The notes below the pieces were generated by a model. The model did not search any database, was not told where the DNA came from, and worked only from the letters and a program-made list of their open reading frames with translations. From contig NC_088803.1 in assembly GCF_011386835.1 (NCBI RefSeq), positions 20,398,001 through 20,462,000 of the forward strand: a DNA stretch of 64,000 bases, given 5' to 3'. The DNA comes from Chrysemys picta bellii. Lineage: Eukaryota. A program made the position numbers and the translations under genes. Position 1 is the stretch's first letter, and each line of letters starts with the position of its first letter. Shown here one piece after another: positions 1-11,517 of the stretch.

Positions 1-511
1 GAATGAAGTCTCTAAAATAGAGACAAGAAAAGCACAAAACAAGTATACAAGTTCAGGAACTGTTACAAACTGGTGTGTTGGATTTTAATGATGTATAATG
101 AGCTTTTTAACTTGTAAAATCATTCTATAAATACAACTTTCTGAAATATGTATCTCTGAAGCACAGCTTCTATGTAAGGAGAACATGCTGCAATGTAAGT
201 ATTGCTTCTCAAAAAGAGGGTATGTATGTCTCCTTTCCATATTGTACTGTTTTGTCTTTGGTGATTTTATCTCGTGAACATTTTAAATAATGAACCACAA
301 GTATGGTCAAACAATGGCTACACCTTTTAGTCAATAGTTTGCTCAACAACAAGATATTGGGCTCAATGCAGGCGTAACTGGGGAAGTGCTATGACATACA
401 GGAGAACAATCTACATAATCACAATGATCCTTTCAGGCTATTTTATCTAAAATGAATGATGTAATTCAAATAGAAATTAATTTGTCCAAGTCCTATGACT
501 TTCAGTATACG

Positions 512-917
512 TAGGATTGGAAGGATTAGATTTTTATTGGTAAATGGCAGTTAACATCAATTTCAAAATACACAAACACCCTGATGAAATGATGTTTCCA
601 TCGATAATAATTGAAAGTTTACAGTTAGGCAAGGTTAGAAAAAAGAATTCTGCTTGAGAACTTCTTAGTTTTATTTAAGGATAATTAATTTGTATATTTA
701 TACAGGATGTTGGCAATTTGTGTTTTAATGGCTATAAACCTTTAACTTTTTGAATTTTAGCCTCTACTATCATTAAATAATTATTGTCTGACCCACACAT
801 TGTCTGATCTCTGAACAATTTCCTGCAACTGTGAAAATTTAAATCAATAAAAGGGAAAAAATAAACCATGATATTATCCATGGAAATTGCTTATTTAAAA
901 AAAATGTGCCAACCCTA
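512..917. mobile_element. Non-autonomous DNA transposon (hAT-like MITE)
   Basis: Ends TAGGATTGG...CCAACCCTA; a second family copy lies at 36787-37266; mostly deleted in copy B. Confidence 0.55.
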
Positions 918-1214
918 AATATATAGCCCTGTCTAGACTTAAAAACTAGGCATCCATGAATGAAAAAAAGTTGGAGGCAGAAGACTGATAAATTAACATT
1001 TCAGCAGGCAAATAGGGAATCTCTATTCCAAAATTTGTGCAAAGTCTGGGACCAAAGCAGTTACATGGCTCTGTAAGATCATGTAAATTATGCTCTCTGT
1101 TTGCACTTTGAACTTCCTAGAATCAAATAGATGGAAATTTAGCAAGTCCAATTGCACAGCAAACTCTTTCAATGCTCATTATTTTTTGTCTCTTGTTAGA
1201 AAATTTCGTTGACA

Positions 1215-2207
1215 ATGAAGAAAGAGGGAATCTATATCCAGCGTATGGCTCCAGGAAAAGGAGAAAATCAAACATTTATCACAGAATTCATTCTCCTGGG
1301 ATTCGGCAATCTCTTGGATCTGCAAATTCTTCTCTTCATACCATTTCTCTTGATCTACATTGGAACCATGGCCGGGAACATCCTCATTGCTGTGCTAGTT
1401 GTGGCTGACGAGCACCTTCACACCCCTATGTACTTCTTCCTGGGGAACTTGTCCTGCTTGGAGACCTGCTACACCTCCACCATCCTGCCCAGAATTCTGG
1501 CCAGTCTCCTGACTGGAGACAGAACCATTTCTGTTATAGGGTGCATTGTACAATATTATTTCTTTGGTTGCCTTGCAGCTTCAGAATGTTACCTCCTAGC
1601 AGTAATGTCCTATGACCGGTATTTAGCAATATGCAAACCACTGCGCTACACTGCTCTTATGAATGGCAGAATCTGCCTTCAGTTAGCAGCTGTCTCCTGG
1701 ATGAGTGGATTTATGGCAACTACCGTAGTTACATGTTTAATGTCACAGTTACATTTCTGTGGTCCCAATGAAATTAACCATTTCCTTTGTGATTTCACCC
1801 CAGTGATTAAACTCTCCTGCAGTGACACCAGACTGATCATATTGGTGACCTTTATACTCTGTTCCATATTCACCCTACCCCCATTTCTATTAACCCTGAC
1901 ATCCTATGTTTTTATCATCTCCACCATCTTGAGAATCCCATCCACCATCGGGAGGAAAAAGGCATTTTCCACTTGCTCCTCTCATCTCATCATGGTGACA
2001 ATGTACTATGGGACCCTATTCTTTGTCTATATGTTACCAGAAACTGACACACATAGAGACCTCAACAAAGTCTTCTCTCTCTTCTACACAGTCCTGACTC
2101 CCCTGGCCAATCCCCTCATCTACAGCCTGAGAAACAGAGATGTTAAGGAGACTCTGAGAAAAGTCATCAGTAAATGTATGATGCTCACTGAAAATCAGAA
2201 AAAGTGA
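1215..2207 (+). CDS. Olfactory receptor, OR11A1-like (class II, 7TM), intact, 330 aa from the conserved ATG at 1215
   Basis: Uninterrupted ORF with the OR motifs [36 protein letters not shown] and PLANPLIYSLRN; N-glycosylation site NQT. The ATG at 1215 is conserved in all four paralogues. Splice-acceptor-like TTGTTAG ends at 1199. Family assigned by resemblance to human OR11A1 from memory. Confidence 0.93.
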   Translation: MKKEGIYIQRMAPGKGENQTFITEFILLGFGNLLDLQILLFIPFLLIYIGTMAGNILIAVLVVADEHLHTPMYFFLGNLSCLETCYTSTILPRILASLLTGDRTISVIGCIVQYYFFGCLAASECYLLAVMSYDRYLAICKPLRYTALMNGRICLQLAAVSWMSGFMATTVVTCLMSQLHFCGPNEINHFLCDFTPVIKLSCSDTRLIILVTFILCSIFTLPPFLLTLTSYVFIISTILRIPSTIGRKKAFSTCSSHLIMVTMYYGTLFFVYMLPETDTHRDLNKVFSLFYTVLTPLANPLIYSLRNRDVKETLRKVISKCMMLTENQKK

Positions 2208-2305
2208 CTGATATGAGAATGAATCCATCTGGCAAAACTAGCAAAGCATTTAACTTCTAGGTGGCCAATAGCTCATGGCAATGTGAGTTTTCTTGGGGAA
2301 CATGG

Positions 2306-2961
2306 TGTGACAAAGTTCCTCCTCTATCTTGGTGGGTCCTGCGCTTATTGGTGGATTTTCTTGCCTCAGAGATTCACCATGTGGGTTGGGGAATAGCCCA
2401 GAGATCTTCCCCTCTGGAAGAACCCACAGTCCAGGTCAATTGGGAGGTTTGGGGGGAATCCAGGCCCGCCCTCTACTCCGGGTTCCAGCCCAGTGCCCTG
2501 TGGACTGCAGCTGTCTATAGTGCCTCCTGTAACAGCTGCATGACAGCTACAACTCCCTGGGCTACTTCCCCATGGCCTCCTCCAAACACCTTCCTTATTC
2601 TCAACACACCTCCTGGTGTCTGATAACGCTTGTGCTCCTCAGTCCTCCAGCTGCATGCATGCACGCACGCACGCACGCACTCACTCTCAGCTCCTCACAC
2701 TCGCACCACAAACTGAAGTGAGCTCCTTTTTAAAACCCAGGTGCCCTGATTAGCCTGCCTTAATTGATTCTAGCAGCTTCTTCTTAATTGGTTCCAGGTG
2801 TCCTAATTAGCCTGCCTGCCTTAACTGGTTCTAGCAGTTTCCTGATTACTCTAGTGCAGCTCCTGCTCTGGTCACTCAGGGAACAGAAAACTACTCATCC
2901 AGTGACCAGTATATTTGCCCTCTACCAAACTCCTTTACCCCACTGGTCTGGGTCTGTCACA
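2306..2961. mobile_element. Solo LTR (Gypsy-like), 656 bp
   Basis: TGTGACA...TGTCACA termini, 4-bp TSD ATGG; empty site AACATGGGTACATG at ~14553-14567 in copy B. Confidence 0.9.
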
Positions 2962-3654
2962 ATGGGTACATGCTAAGTATGGGATGGCTGCATTCCTATT
3001 TGATTAGAGCTGACACTTACTACTGCCCCAGGTGGAATCATAATTCTCCTGTTCTCTGAATTCCAATGACTGACATTCAAGATTTTAATTACAAGTTTCG
3101 TGTGTTTCTTTGCTCTGACTGAGTTGAGAAAACTGTATTTTACACAGCACTGCCCTTGGATCCCAATGGGTGGTATTGGGCTGATAAAATATTTTGTCTC
3201 TTAACTTGGTACCAGGCATCCTATTTTATTTTATAGTTGGATAGATTTTATCAGCCTTCATAAAATTGTTTGTTACATGTGTTATTTTGCAATGATCAGA
3301 AGGTTCATAAGATCCTAAATGGATTTCTGCATGTTGAAATAAAATAATGAATCGACACGAATGATTTCTGGTGAAACAGCTCTTTTTCCTAAAGATCATT
3401 TCAATGTCAGGTGAAAAAATAATTAATAAGTGTGGAGAAACTGCTATTTAATTCTGCATTAGAAAATTGCCAGAATCTTTCAAAACACGTACATGAATTA
3501 GGAACCTGAGTTCCAGTAACTTTGCACCTTAGTTGAATTCCTAAGGGTGAGCTTTTAAAATGTTCTAAAGATTCAGATAAGTGTATAGGTATATATATAA
3601 ATCTGCCTAAGCCTTGGACTCCTGACTGACACACACACAGGACATGATGAAAAG

Positions 3655-3790
3655 GGAGATTCCCTGGAGGTTTGAACAGGACTTGCTATGGCCTTGATGT
3701 TTATGCTGTTTTAACAGGCAAAATAGGATTTAATACCCCTGTGAGGACAATTGAGTGATGATCATTATCCTCAGCCACAAGGGAGATCCC
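3655..3790 (+). promoter_or_regulatory. Candidate OR11A-like promoter (O/E-like + homeodomain motifs)
   Basis: TCCCTGGAG 3661-3669, TCATTA (reverse complement of TAATGA) 3762-3767, CCACAAGGGA 3775-3784. The motifs are retained in copies at ~11715-11840 and ~16665-16800, each upstream of an OR11A-like coding exon. Confidence 0.45.
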
Positions 3791-4654
3791 AACAGCTGTC
3801 AAGGAGAGGATGAGGCTGCTGTCCCCTGTAAGCCCTGTAAGAACCCAGGAGAGGCAACACTAAGTTTCTGTGCATCATACACAAGAGTGTGCATTGAGTG
3901 AGAACACAAGAGCAGTGCAGCCAAGCAGCAAAATGTAGGTGTCTTTGCAGAGTGAATGGGATTGTCTGAGACACTGAGGAGACCAGAACGGTGGTGGAAT
4001 CTGGATCCCGATCTCCACACCCAGTCACAATCAATGGAGAGATGTCCACTGCATGCTGAGCATTAAAGGTAAATCTGATCATTCCTGCATCAAATCCTGG
4101 GGATTTTAGGGAGAAAATCCTGGTATATTGGGAAACAGAGCAAGCTGAATTACCTATCAAGTACACTGTTGCCTTTTAGTTTTACTGCTCTGTATCATTC
4201 CCCATTATCCCCTTGATATGTCTCAACACTGCTCCTACTATTGCTGAACTGAGACACTACAAAGAGTGACTGTACATATTGCAGAACAGAATCGGTCTGC
4301 AGTTTCCTGCCAGCAGACTCACACAAATCAGCTGGGTTACAAGTTACAGCTGCGGGTGGAATGTGTTCCTGGGTTTGTAGGTGATTCGCTGAGGGGATAA
4401 GCATGAGAAGGTTCTGTGCACATCCTCTTGGGGTTTTCCCTTTGTGCACAGGGCAGAGTCATCTTCTCTTTGCTGTTGGTCAGTGTCACTGCCTAATCTC
4501 CATCACTAGCATGATACCTTCACGTGTGTGTCCCTCTCTGGGAAAGCTTCTGTGTTTGACCCCAACCACCATCAAGCTAGTTTAGGGGTTGTAGTTGAGG
4601 AGAAACTTAACATGAGCTCCCAGTGTGATCCTGTGTCAGAAAGTGCTAGTGTGA

Positions 4655-5092
4655 TCACTTAAAATATATCCTTTTTAGTTAATACATTTGTTTGTTTCTT
4701 ATACCCGAGGCAGTGTGTTTCGTTTGAAGCATGTCAGAGATTCCGCTTGGGACAACAAGCCTGGTACATATCAATTTCTTTGTTAAATTGATGAACTCAT
4801 ATAAGCTTGCAGCGTCCAGCGGGCATAACTGGACACTGCAAGACGGAGGTTCCTAGGGTTGTGTCTGGGACCGGAGATATTACCTAGTGTCATTCAGTTG
4901 CACAATCCAGGCAGTGGCTGGCTAAAAGTGCTCACTCACATAGCTGGGAGCAGCTTACATACTAGAGGCTCTGCGTGAACAGCTCGGGAGTGGGGATTCT
5001 CTCAGCAGAGCAGGGTAAGACTGGCTCCCAGAGTCGAGGATTGGAGTGACCTAGCTGATCACTGGTCCAGATAACACCAGAGGAATGTCACC
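4655..5092 (+). mobile_element. 5'-truncated LTR fragment
   Basis: Ends ...GGAATGTCAC(A); its 3' part recurs at ~23970-24210. Confidence 0.5.
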
Positions 5093-5372
5093 CTATGCAA
5101 CTATGAATGAAAGAACTTGGGAACAGAAGAGTGATAAATTAACAGGGTAGTGCACTTTGGACGTGTCAAGTCGGGAATCTCTATTCCAAAGCCCTGTGTA
5201 AAATCTCAGATTAAAGCAGTGTCTTGGATCTGTGAAAGTTTATAAATATGCCTTCCATTTGCACTTTGAACTTTTCCAGAATCAAATGGCTGGAAATTTA
5301 TCCAGTTCAATTGTACAGCAATCTCTTTCAATGCTCATTATTTTATCTACCACTAGATAAATGTCATCGGAA

Positions 5373-6365
5373 ATGGAGGAAGGAGGAACTTGCAGACAGC
5401 TCTTGGAGAAAAGAGAAGGGGAAAATGAAACATATATCACAGAGTTCATCCTCCTTGGATTTGGGAATCTCCGTGAAATGCAGATTCTTCTCTTCCTGCT
5501 GTTTCTAGTGATCTACATTGTCACTGTGGCCGGGAACATCCTCATTGTTGTACTAGTTGTGGCTGATCAGCACCTTCACAGCCCCATGTACTTCTTTCTG
5601 GGGAACTTGTCCTTCTTGGAGACCTGCTACACCTCCACAGTCCTGCCCAGACTGCTGGCTGGTCTCCTGACTGGAGACAGAATCATTTCTGTTAGTGGCT
5701 GCATCACTCAATTTTATTTCTTTGGTTTCCTGGTGGCAGTTGAATGTTCTCTCTTATCCATGATGTCCTATGACCGGTATTTAGCAATATGCAAACCACT
5801 ACACTACACTGCTCTTATGAATGGCAGAATCTGCCTGCAGTTAGCAGCCATCTCCTGGATGAGCTCATTTCTGGCAACTGCTGTAGTAATATATTTAATG
5901 TCACAATTACATTTTTGTGGCCCCAATGAAATTGACCATTTCCTTTGTGATTTCACCCCAGTGATTAAACTCTCCTGCAGTGACACCATCCTAATCAAAC
6001 TAGTGACCTTTATATTCTCTTCTATAGACACCCTGCCCCCATTTCTATTAACCTTAGCATCCTATGTTTCCATCATCTCCACCATCCTGAGAATCCCTTC
6101 CACCAGTGGGAGAAGAAAGGCATTTTCCACCTGCTCCTCTCACCTCCTTGTGGTTACAATCTACTATGGGACACTAATCATTGTCTATGTGTTACCAGAC
6201 ACTGACACACTTAGAGACCTCAATAAGGTCTTCTCTGTCTTCTACACTGTCCTGACTCCCATGGCCAATCCCCTCATCTACAGTCTGAGAAACAAAGAGG
6301 TCAAGGAGGCCCTGGGAAAAGTATTCATTAAATGTATGGTGCTCTCAGCGATTCAGGAACAGTGA
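5373..6365 (+). CDS. Olfactory receptor, OR11A1-like, intact, 330 aa
   Basis: Full ORF with PMYFFLGNLS, MSYDRYLAICKPL, KAFSTCSSH, PMANPLIYSLRN; NET glycosylation site; same length as the 1215 paralogue; acceptor CACTAG ends at 5356 (an alternative in-frame ATG lies at 5361). Confidence 0.93.
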   Translation: MEEGGTCRQLLEKREGENETYITEFILLGFGNLREMQILLFLLFLVIYIVTVAGNILIVVLVVADQHLHSPMYFFLGNLSFLETCYTSTVLPRLLAGLLTGDRIISVSGCITQFYFFGFLVAVECSLLSMMSYDRYLAICKPLHYTALMNGRICLQLAAISWMSSFLATAVVIYLMSQLHFCGPNEIDHFLCDFTPVIKLSCSDTILIKLVTFIFSSIDTLPPFLLTLASYVSIISTILRIPSTSGRRKAFSTCSSHLLVVTIYYGTLIIVYVLPDTDTLRDLNKVFSVFYTVLTPMANPLIYSLRNKEVKEALGKVFIKCMVLSAIQEQ

Positions 6366-6399
6366 TTGATATGGGAATTAATTAATGTGTCATATCTAG

Positions 6400-7450
6400 T
6401 GTGATGTATAACCAGGAAGGGTTAAGCATCCCAAAGATAAAGAACTCAAATTCAACCCTTAAAGACATATGGGTAGAAAATGTTTGTGTTTTTGTGTATT
6501 TACATATATATCGTTAAAGGTCAGCAATGTAATCAAACAGTTCCTGTCTATGCTGTATTCTGTTAATTCTGAGATCAAAAGGACATCTTAACATTTAAAT
6601 GAATTGTAAATATAGGATATCAGTGTATTCACATGTGTTTGAAATCTATATCAAATCATCGGCGAATGGTGGAAAAACAAGCAATTGCCCTATGTTAATC
6701 TGTGTGGATAATTACCAGCAATGCTTAAGAAATGGGTCCACTTCAAAGCCTCCATGAGTGGCTATTGTTCGTGAAGGACTCTGAGCTGTCACAAGAAGGA
6801 CTGAAACTATATAAAGATATTTGGATCCCAATTCTTTTTTATCTTAGATCTGCTTGAGGCTTCATGCAGGGAAAGCCTAAGCCATAAGGACTGAGATCCC
6901 AGTCCTGACTGGACCACCCTGAATGTAAACAGTAGACTGTAACCTATGAACTATTTCTGAAATAACGCTTTGCAACTACAGAGCTCACCATGTCTTCTAT
7001 GAATCTGAACCTCAAGAATTATACTCATGTCTGTATGTATACTGATCTTTTTCCAATGCTCTCTATCTTTTCTTTTTTAATAAATATTAGTTTAGTTAAT
7101 AAGAATTGGCCGTAAGCATGTATTTGAGTAAGATCTGTAATATTCATTAACCTGAGAGATAATGTGTCCAATCCTTTGGGATTGGTAGAACTTTTTAAAA
7201 TTATTAATAAGATTTTCCGTAATCCTCATCATATTTGACTTGGGTCTCTGGGTGGAGGCCTGAGGCTGGGTCGCTTTAAGGGAACTGTTGGCTTCTGGGT
7301 AACCAGTGTGGTATTATAGAAGCTGTTTTGCGTTGGCTTGGTAAATCTAAGTATTGGAATATCCACCAGATTTGGGGATTGTCTGCCCCATTCTTTGCAG
7401 TTCACCCTAATTAAATGACCTCTGTTGGCTCCCCTAGGACTCCAGTCACA
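6400..7450. mobile_element. Solo LTR, ~1.05 kb, 3' of the 5373 OR
   Basis: TGTGA...GTCACA ends; probable 5-bp TSD (T/A)CTAG; the older paralogue at 1215 shows the empty site AAAACTAGCAA (~2235). Confidence 0.75.
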
Positions 7451-7661
7451 ACTTGCAAGGTAGTTTGAATTTAGGTTGTCCCTAACCCATGCTAATGGGA
7501 GTTTCCTTGGCGAATGTGAAGACATGCTACATTTTGGGATGGCTGCATTCCTAGTTAAATAAAGTTGATACTTACTACTGCCCCAACTGGAATCATAAGT
7601 CTCATGTGCTCTGCATTCCACACAGTGGAGTTCAAGATTTTAGCTACATGTTTCATCTGCT

Positions 7662-7802
7662 TAGAATCATAGAATATCAGGGTGGGAAGGGACTTCAGGA
7701 GGTCATCTAGTCCAACCTCCTGCTCAAAGCAGGACCAATCTCCAACAAAATCATCACATTCAGGGCTTTTTCAAGCCTGATCTTAAAAACCTCAAAGGAA
7801 GG
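7662..7802 (-). mobile_element. CR1 LINE 3' end
   Basis: AGAATCATAGAATATC tail; matches 17525-17671. Confidence 0.9.
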
Positions 7803-9788
7803 TGTCAAGGCTGCTTCCCCACTCTGAACTTTAGGGTACAGATGTGGGGGCCTGCATGAAAACTTCTAAGCTTAACTACCAGCTTAGATCTGGTCCACTG
7901 CCACCACTCTCGATGCTAATTCCCTTCCCTGGGTAGCGTTGAGAGACTCTTCACCAATTCCCTGGTGAATACAAATCCAAACCCCTTGGATCTTAAAACA
8001 AGGAGAAATTAACCATCCCCCCTCCTCCCTTCCACCAACTCCTGGTGGATCAAGATCCAACCCCCTTGGATCTAAAAACAAGGAAAATCAATCAGGTTCT
8101 TAAAAAGAAGGCTTTTAATTAAAGAAAAAGTTAAAAATCATCTCTGTAAAATCAGGAAGGAAAATAACTTTACAGGGTAATCAAACTTACAGAGCCCAGA
8201 GGACCCCGCTCTAGACTTAGGTTCAAAGTTACAGCAAACAGAGATAAACACTCTAACAAAAGGTACATTGACAAGTTGAGAAAACAAAGATAAACTAACA
8301 CGCCTTGCCTGACTGTTTACTTACAAGTTTGAAATATGAGAGACTTGTTCAGAAAGATTTGGAGAGCCTGGATTGATGTCTGGTCCCTCTTAGTCCCAAG
8401 AGCGAACAACCCCCAAAACAAAGAGCACAAATGAAAGCCTCCCCCCACCCAAGATGTGAAAGTATCTTGTCCCCTTATTGATCCTTTTGGTCAGGTGTCA
8501 GCCAGGTTACCTGAGCTTCTTAACCCTTTACAGGTCAAAGGATTTTGGAGTCTCTGGCCAGGAGGGATTTTATAGTACTGTACACAGGAGAGCTGTTACC
8601 CTTCCCTTTATAGTTATGACACGACCCCCAAATCACAGATAGTGTTGGACAGCCGGTTCCACACTGGCTGTGATTTCTTCCTGGAGCTCTAGTTGAAAAC
8701 AGAGTTAATAAGACACATGCACCTTTAGACATACTACTGATTAGATAAAAACTAACAATATTTTCCACATTCTAAGAACAATTTTTTAACCAGTTGATTC
8801 TGGGAAACTTTCCCGGGAGAGTGCATCAGCCACTTTGTTAGAAGCTCCTGAAATGTGTTGTATTTCAAAATCAAAATCTTGGAGAGCTAAACTCCACCGA
8901 AGAAGTTTTTTGTTATTGCCCTTGGCGGTGTGAAGCCACCGTAGCGCAGCATGGTCTGTTTGTAGTTGGAAACGCCGTCCCAAACATATGGGTGTAGCTT
9001 TCCCAGCGCGTACACAATGGCGTAGCATTCCTTTTCGCTGATTGACCAGTGGTTTTCCCTCTCAGACAGTTTCTTGCTGAGAAACATGACAGGATGGAAT
9101 TCTTGATCTGGTCCTTCCTGCATTAAAACTGCTCCCACGCCCCGCTCGGATGCATCTGTGGTTACTAGGAATGGTTTGTCAAAGTCTGGGGCCCTTAGCA
9201 CTGGGTCAGACATGAGTGTCGCCTTAAGCTGGTTAAAGGCCTTTTGACACTCATCAGTCCACTGAACTGCATTTCGCTGTTTCTTTCTGGTTAGGTCTGT
9301 CACCGGGGCGGCGATTTGGCTGTAGTGTGGTACAAATCGCCTCTAATATCTGGCCAAGCCTAAGAAGGATTGGACCTGTTTCTTTGACTTTGGAACTGGC
9401 CACTTTTGGATAGCATCCACTTTGGCCTGTAGGGAATTTACAGTTCCTTGACCCACCTGGTGCCCCAGGTAAGTCACTCTGTTTTGGCCTATTTGACACT
9501 TTTTAACCTTAACAGTTAGTCCTGCCTGCTGGATGCGCTCGAAGACTTTTTCCAGGTGCTCCAGGTGTTCTGTCCATGAATCAGAAAAAATGGCCACATC
9601 ATCGAGGTAGGCAACTGCAGATTCTCCCAATTCTGCTAGGAGACCATCTACAAGTCTTTGGAAGGTGGCGGGTGCATTTCGCAACCCGAAAGGGAATACA
9701 TTGAATTCATACACCCCTGCCTGGGTAGTGAAGGCTGACCTTTCCTTAGCAGGTTCATCTAGTGGTACTTGCCAGTACCCTTTGGCAA
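7803..9788 (-). mobile_element. Gypsy (Gmr1-type) retrotransposon, 3' half: RT, RNase H, PPT, 3' LTR (7803-8621)
   Basis: KGYWQVPL..AFTT..FNVFPFGLRNAPATFQR..AYLDDVAIFS (RT); PFLVTTDAS..EKECYAIV..NKVADALSR (RNase H) ending at 8786; purine-rich GATTTGGGGGTCG before TGTCATA; the LTR matches 41661-42468; frameshifted. Confidence 0.92.
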
Positions 9789-10229
9789 TGTGGGAGACCT
9801 TATCAAAAGCTTTGCTAAAGTCAAGGAATAATACATCCACTGTTTTCCATTCATCCAGAGAGCCAGTTATCTCATCATAGAAGGCAATTAGGTTAGTCAG
9901 TCATGACTTGCCCTTTGTGAATGCATGCTGACTGTTCCTGATCACTTTCCTCTTCTCTAAGTGCTTCAAAATTGATTCCTTAAGGACCTGCTCCATGATT
10001 TTTCAGAGACTGAGGTGAGGCTGACTGGCCTGTAGTTCCCCATATCCTCCTTCTTCTCTTTTTAAAAGATGGGCACTACATTAGCCTTTTTCCGGTCATC
10101 CGGGACCTCCCCTGATCGCCATGAGTTTTCAAAGATAATGGCCAATGGTTCTGCAATCACATCCGTCAACTCCTTTAGCACCCTCGGATGCAGTCCACCC
10201 TGACCCATGGACTTGTGCTTGTCCATCTT
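9789..10229 (-). mobile_element. CR1 ORF2 RT fragment (same copy as 7662-7802)
   Basis: FLDFSKAFD motif; matches 18642-19085. Confidence 0.9.
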
Positions 10230-10810
10230 TGCTTGTAGGTAGGATACTTCTTTGCAGGATTCAGTCTCTCATTCTGTAGGTCTGGCCTGTGTTCCTTGTT
10301 CCTACATTTATAACTTTGCATTTGGCTGTGTTAAAATATATTTTGTTTGAATGGGTCCGGCTCACACCACTTCACCAACCTTTGTGTCTTCCACAGTTCA
10401 TGGATCAGCAGAGATTTCATACTGAATTCCAGCTCATTGGTACAAATATTGAATGGCATTGGCGCTAGTACTGATTAATGCAGAACCCCACTTGAAACAC
10501 CCCCATTCCATGATAATTTACATCAGCAACTACTTTTTGAGATCTATCAGCAAGCCAGTTTAAAAAAAAATAATGGGTGCTTTATTTATATTATATAGTG
10601 CTCATTTTAAATCACAATGTTCTGTCATACTAAGTTAAATGCATTACCAAAGTCTGTTACATCTATGCAGTACCTTTACCAACCAAACTTCTAATCTCCT
10701 CAAAGAATTAAATCAAGTTTCTTTGACAAGATCTATTTTGCATAAAGGCACTTGATGAGCATTAATTATACCCATCATTCAATTCTTTATCAGTCGAATC
10801 TAATATTAGT
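10230..10810 (-). mobile_element. Old CR1-like RT fragment (duplicated at ~27790-28330)
   Basis: Degenerate similarity to CR1 ORF2; shared by both segmental copies. Confidence 0.55.
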
Positions 10811-11517
10811 TTTTTTTCATAATTTTGTCTGGGATCTCTCTCTTTCTGGTGAGAAAAAAATTAAAAGTCTCAGTTTTCTTCTAATGAGGAATGAAAGCAA
10901 ATGTCAAAACTTCGATTTTTTTTTCCAAGTGAAATTCTTCTATTCCAGTCAGCACCAGTGAAAACTTACTGCAAGTCCTGTGCTGGAATACCTGGTGGAT
11001 GTGGTAGTCCCTAAGAGCATAGCACGAGCACAGAAAGCTTCAACATTTCTTTCCTTAAGTATTCAAGTGCAGGGCATCAGATGAGAGTGGAGAGAGGACA
11101 AGGGAAGAGGTGGACAAGGATCCTAGAGAGAGCTGGAGAAATTTAATCTAACCTGTTCCTCAGGCTGGAGCAAGAAACAGAGAGTCATCCAGGTCCTTGA
11201 CAGACCATTGCTTGTCCCTACACTCTATTTCCCCACAATAGTCCCTATGCTCTATACCCTGCATCCAATGCACAATGGCCCCTGGATTGTATTGAGCAAT
11301 GCACAATATTAACATTGCTGGTGCACAATGGTTCCTGCCCTACAATCCCTAGTGACTCATGTACAAAGACAAAATGGTCCCTTCGCTATGCACTCCAATG
11401 CCCACTGACCTGTGGTTCCTTCCCTAGATTACCCACTGCCCAGTGATGCCAGCACTATATTTCCAGCCCCCATAGCCCTCATCAAGAGCAGAAGCAGAGA
11501 CAAAACATTCCCTTTAT

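Noticed and set aside
1679-1873. Short antisense ORFs repeated at 1679, 5804 and 13904
   Set aside because: Shadows of the OR coding strand; their similarity follows from OR paralogy.
3950-4130. Cadherin-like (DRDPDS) or EGF-like (ECVPGFVG, ~4360) look of translations from the unexplained segment
   Set aside because: Only a few residues match; flanking signature motifs are absent and other frames are full of stops.
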